Assembly (NCBI RefSeq): GCF_009914755.1
Contig: NC_060925.1
Length of the DNA: 64,000 nucleotides
Strand: one strand, 5' to 3'
From: the human T2T-CHM13v2.0 reference genome, Homo sapiens
The position numbers and the translations under genes were made by a program. The first letter of the stretch is position 1; each line of letters starts with the position of its first letter. The notes beneath the pieces are model-generated. The model was not told the origin of the DNA. It made no database searches and saw only the letters and a list, made by a program, of their open reading frames with translations. Positions 59,346 to 64,000 of the stretch are shown here, in pieces.

Positions 59346-62300
59346 CCTGAGATATTTTGCTGTCCTGAGAAAGACAAAACAGAAACTCTTTGGTGCAATT
59401 AAGAGTAGAAACATATCCAAAAAATAGTTTGTGGTGACCATCCACATGCTCAGCAGTTCCCCAAGAAAATGGGGCCTGATTAAGAGCTATTTTTATCTTT
59501 GGATGGTTACATAAAGAAGGAGACATTAGGAAGATGATCATGGAACTAAATGATCACCAAAATGTAAAATGCCATGTTTAACAGGTACTACTAGAACATT
59601 TAAAAAGGCATATTTAGAACAAATAGGTTATACATCAACGAGTAAAATAAAGAAGGGGTAGAACGGGCTAGAAATATGTTCAGAAGAAGTTCAGGGACAG
59701 TCACAGGCAGCTATTAAGAAAAGGCAGGAAATATCAGAGAACTTTTTAATAACATGCCACACTAAATTCTTTGGATTCTTGCTAAGGTGGGGTGAAATGC
59801 ATGTGTTTCTTCTTTGTTTCCTAGCCTAGGAAAGGAGACATGCTGATGATGGTGCCCAGGTTTGTGTAGGTGAGCTTTACCTGTGGGTAGCTCTACAAGT
59901 AGATATTAAGCACCCATTGGTGCTCATTCTTTCTCCTGTGTGTGTGCAGAGGCCCAGCTGTCAGGAAGTACAGGAACAGCTCTGGCCAGTTAGGCTTAAT
60001 GGTTCATTTTAGTTATTCTGGGTGATTGAATCTCCACAATTACAGAAGGCTGCACAAACTCCTTGGCAAGATTGCCTCATCATCACCTCACAGCCTTACC
60101 ATAGGCCTCCATGCCTTGTAGGCTTAAAGTGTAAGCCAACTATCTCCTGGCCTAGTATCTGGTCATTAGTGAGGCAATTTGGGACTTGAAACCCAATACT
60201 CACTTATATTTCCCTTGCCTGGAAAAAAGGAAAGTATTAAGGGTTAACACTGTGAATCAAGTCTCCAAACTGAAGGAAAGACTTTCCATTTGGCTGTCCC
60301 CAAAAAGGCATTCTAACTTAACTCATATGGCCTCCTTGCTCTTATGACTCATCCAGTGGTTTCCAAATCCTGATTGATCAAGTGGTTCTCTTGTCTTAGA
60401 TCTTTTTTGGTACCATATGCAAAAGCACATTTCATTTATTCTTTCAATAATTATTTGAGAGCCCACTATATGTCAGAAACTGTTCAAGGAGACATTGGGG
60501 ATAATGCAATGAACAAAACAGAGAAGTCTATGCCTCTAGTCATTCATATATATATATGGTGATAAATAGGCATGATATCTAAACTGGCATGGCACTGGCA
60601 CTGACCAATCAGAAGAGATGTTGGCCATAGTTTTGGAGTAGGGTCCTGGAAGGACATGAGGTATTAACTCTTTGCTTGTTCGATTGTGGGGAGATCCATG
60701 GAATCTGGAGGAAGGGGGACAGGTAGCAAAGGGTACTTGGCTCAGGACAGCAGCTATTTATCAGCTTATATGGAAGGAAGTATTTCAGTATTTTTCACAA
60801 TTGATGTGGCTGAATAGGAGCCTGGTAATAAGTGTCTTGGAGAAAATAATGGCATGGCATGACCAAAATGTGAATAGAATTACTTATCCCAGGGACAGTG
60901 AAAGAAAATACTTAGGTTTGACAATGGAACTTTTTAGGGGAATGCAGTAAAATAAAGTTGGAAAGGGGAAGTAGGTGAGAGCAGTACTTTAATTTTTTCT
61001 AAGCAATAGATTTTGCTTTTGTACCATTCTGTGAAAACAAAACACCCTTAATCTTATTTACCTGGACTGCGTCATGATCTCAAGGTCCTGATGTAAATGA
61101 TAAGGGTATGAAAACAACAGATGCTTTATAGGAGAACGAATATAAACCAGTAACACCTGAACTTAGTAACATCTGAATACTGATAACTTCCTCTCACTGA
61201 GTAGAAAATAAAGCTATAAGTCATGACAAGAAGCAGAAATGGCAGGTCTGTTCTGAGCAATGTACTAGCTTCAGACTTGGTTGGCCTTTGGGCAATGAAG
61301 GGTGGGTATTTCCCTAACAGCTCTATTTCTGAAGACAAAAAATTGCATATTAGGCTTAATAGCCTTCTCACTTTTCATTTTGAAGTAGTCTGGATCCAAC
61401 AAAAGTCATTTTTAAGTATTAGTTTTTGAGAAGGTGCCATTTAAGAGACTCAAGAGATTTAAAAAGTATGCCCAAGAGCTATGAGCAGACTGTAGAGACA
61501 GAAAAAAAAAAAAACATTTTAGGCCTATGTAATGCCCTCAACATGAACACAGGAAAAAGAAAGAAACAAGACATCTAAAAATCCTGTTTCCATGCCTATG
61601 AAAAGAATTCTAATCAATGTTATTCAGAGTGTGGGGAATAGCATCTTCTTTCAATAGTCTGCCAAATCCTAAATGCAAGGTTTCTCAGTTTGAGATATGA
61701 TTTATCTGGAAGGATGATCCATAACTTTAAGATTTTTTCAAAGCCATCCCTAACCTAAGATTAAGAACCACTGGCATAAATTCATTCATTTATTCAACAA
61801 GTATTTATTCAGTGCCTGCTATATGCCAGGTACTAGTCTGAGCACTGGGGTAGTGCAGAGCAAGTCCAGTGTGGTCTCCACTCTCATGGAATTTCCATTC
61901 TACTAAGGAGGTTGGAAGAGTTTATGAGAGTTTGAGTCAAACGCACTTGGGCTTAGACACTGGTGTGACAACCTGGAACAGGTTTTTTTTTTTTTTTTTT
62001 TGGCTCCCTGAACTTCCATTTCTTCCTCTATAAAGTGGGAATAAAAAGATTAGAACTTAAATGACTCAAATATCTAGCACAGGGATAAAAATTCAGTAAT
62101 TTAATTATTATTTAATTATTACTAAACTCCCTTCACCAGGATAAAGTAGGTATGGGTTGGAGATCTATCATTACTCCATTTTTATAGATGAAAAGGTTAA
62201 GCTCAAAGGAGTTGCATGAATTGTGTTAGGCAAGGGAGTAATTAATATAGCTGTGCTCGGGGCTAACTAGCTGACAGATTGGCTGGCTCTTGATTTCTCT

Positions 62301-62374
62301 CTTCCACAATGCTTTTCCATAATTAGGGCTCTGCTGGATTCATCAGCTTTAAAGAACCATTGAATTATTTAAAA

Positions 62375-62686
62375 CAGGGATTGGCAAACTATGACACACT
62401 GCTTGTTTTTATATGGCCCTCAAGTGTGGTTTCTAAATTTTTAAGTGGTTGAACACAAAGAAAAATAGTATTTTGTTTAAACTTGAAAATTATTAGAAAT
62501 GTAAGTTCCAGTCTCCATAAATAAAGTCTTACTGGAACACTGCACACCCATTTGTTAATGTACTGTTCTGTAATGGTTTTCATGCTCCAACAGCATATTT
62601 GAGTAGTTGTGACAAGAGACCATATGGCCTGCAAAGCCTAAAATATTTACTATCTGGCCCTTTACTAAAAAAGTATGCCAACCCTG
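62375..62686. mobile_element. MER58B-like hAT MITE
   Basis: CAGGGATTGGCAAACT...CTATCTGGCCCTTTACTAAAAAAGTATGCCAACCCTG. Confidence 0.8.
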
Positions 62687-63374
62687 ATTTAAAATGTAAT
62701 TTTCTCTTGTAGGATAGACATACCAAATATACATCTTCTAAATGAGTAATGAATATACCTTAAAATTAAAAAATCAAGTGTATCTGATAAGTGTGCAGAG
62801 TGAAACATTTTGATCACAGCAATTGGAATATTTAAATGAGACAATAAATATTTATGAGCATTTTAGAAGTATTAAGTCATTTGAGCTTCACAACAACTCT
62901 AAGAAGCAAGTACTTTTTACATCTGAGAGAAGTGAAATTCAACAAGGTTGGGAAATATATCAGAGGCCACAAAGCTAGTAAATAGCTGGGCTACAATTTT
63001 AATTGAAGCCTATACTTCTACCTACCAGACCAATATCACATAATGGATAGCCCAACAGTAAGAAGCTTTGTATAGGTAGGCTTACCTAATCTCTGCCTTT
63101 CCAAAATCTATTCCCTGATGTTACCTTATAGCTAGTTTCATTACTTCTCTAAGATATTTTTTTCCTTCTGTAAAATGAGAAAAATACCTAACTTGAGAGG
63201 TTTTTTTTTCATTGACAATATTCAATATAATTGCCAGGTTATTGTAAAGACAATATATTTATAATGCCCTACCTGTATCAATATATCACATGTACCCCCA
63301 AAATATGTGCAACTATTATGTATCAGTCAAAAATGGCCATATATTAGGTCACACAGAAGCCTCAATAAACTAGT

Positions 63375-63375
63375 A

Positions 63376-63417
<42 letters not shown>

Positions 63418-63510
63418 TACATATATATGTATATTACAATGCCTGGATACTATATTATATATGTATCACAATGCAAAAAAATATATATTTTACAATGCCT
63501 GGCATACTAT
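63375..63510. repeat. (TG)(TA)(CA) microsatellite with a local duplication of TTACAATGCCTGG(C)ATACTATA
   Basis: Directly visible. Confidence 0.8.
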
Positions 63511-64000
63511 AAATGATAGCTACCACTACTTCATTACTATTGCATAGGAGATATTTTCTTAAGATGCACATGCATAGCAAATCTGCTAAGCCAACTCTGG
63601 GGGCAGAGGGAGGTGGCAGCTATAAGAATTGCAAAGACAATTAAATATGTTCCTTAGACCCTGAAAGAAAGCCTAGCAATCATTCCCAGGCTGTCAGTGT
63701 TTGTTAGACAGCTTCTCCTCCTGGAGATGGTTTCTGCACCCACAGTAAAGGAAAGGAGTGACAAATACTGCTGAGGTTGGGATGAGGAGCTGGTAATCCA
63801 TCCTAGGTCAGTTCTTCATAGTTGATGAATGGTGTTTGCCTATAAGAAAGTGTGTGCTCTACGGGAAGAATCAACATTAGCATGTGGAGAAGAAACAGCT
63901 ATTATGTAGAAATAGTAGAGGCAGCAGTTGTGAGGAAAGGTAGGCACAGTAGTTGTAATTTTTACTCTAGAATTCTCTTCTTTGAAAAAGTAAACTAGAG

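Overview
Primate (probably human) non-coding genomic DNA, identified by AluJ/S/Y, L1PA and MaLR elements. I find no host protein-coding exon, RNA gene or CRISPR array; most ORFs in the track are repeat-derived or chance. The main feature is a complete ~6.67-kb class III endogenous retrovirus on the minus strand (24587-31251), matching HERV-S/HERV18 with LTR18-type LTRs. It has two 319-bp LTRs about 12% diverged, a 5-bp TSD, a tRNA-Ser PBS, degenerate gag-pro-pol and a gamma-type env (CWIC, ISD-like, CX6CC). Other large elements are a full-length Tigger1 (8006-10752), an MSTB MaLR provirus partly replaced by a young L1PA (38879-41704), and a 5'-intact, 3'-truncated old L1PA (51200-55810). Many Alu, MIR, L2, MER and solo-LTR relics lie between them. 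The most interesting signals are in the provirus (a U5 segment complementary to the tRNA-Ser T-psi-C arm, and a TAG-GG gag/pro junction) and in several insertion/repair scars. Repeat subfamily names come from my recall of consensus sequences and need RepeatMasker/Dfam confirmation. Boundaries without a stated TSD are approximate. I see no evidence of a wholly new multi-gene system.
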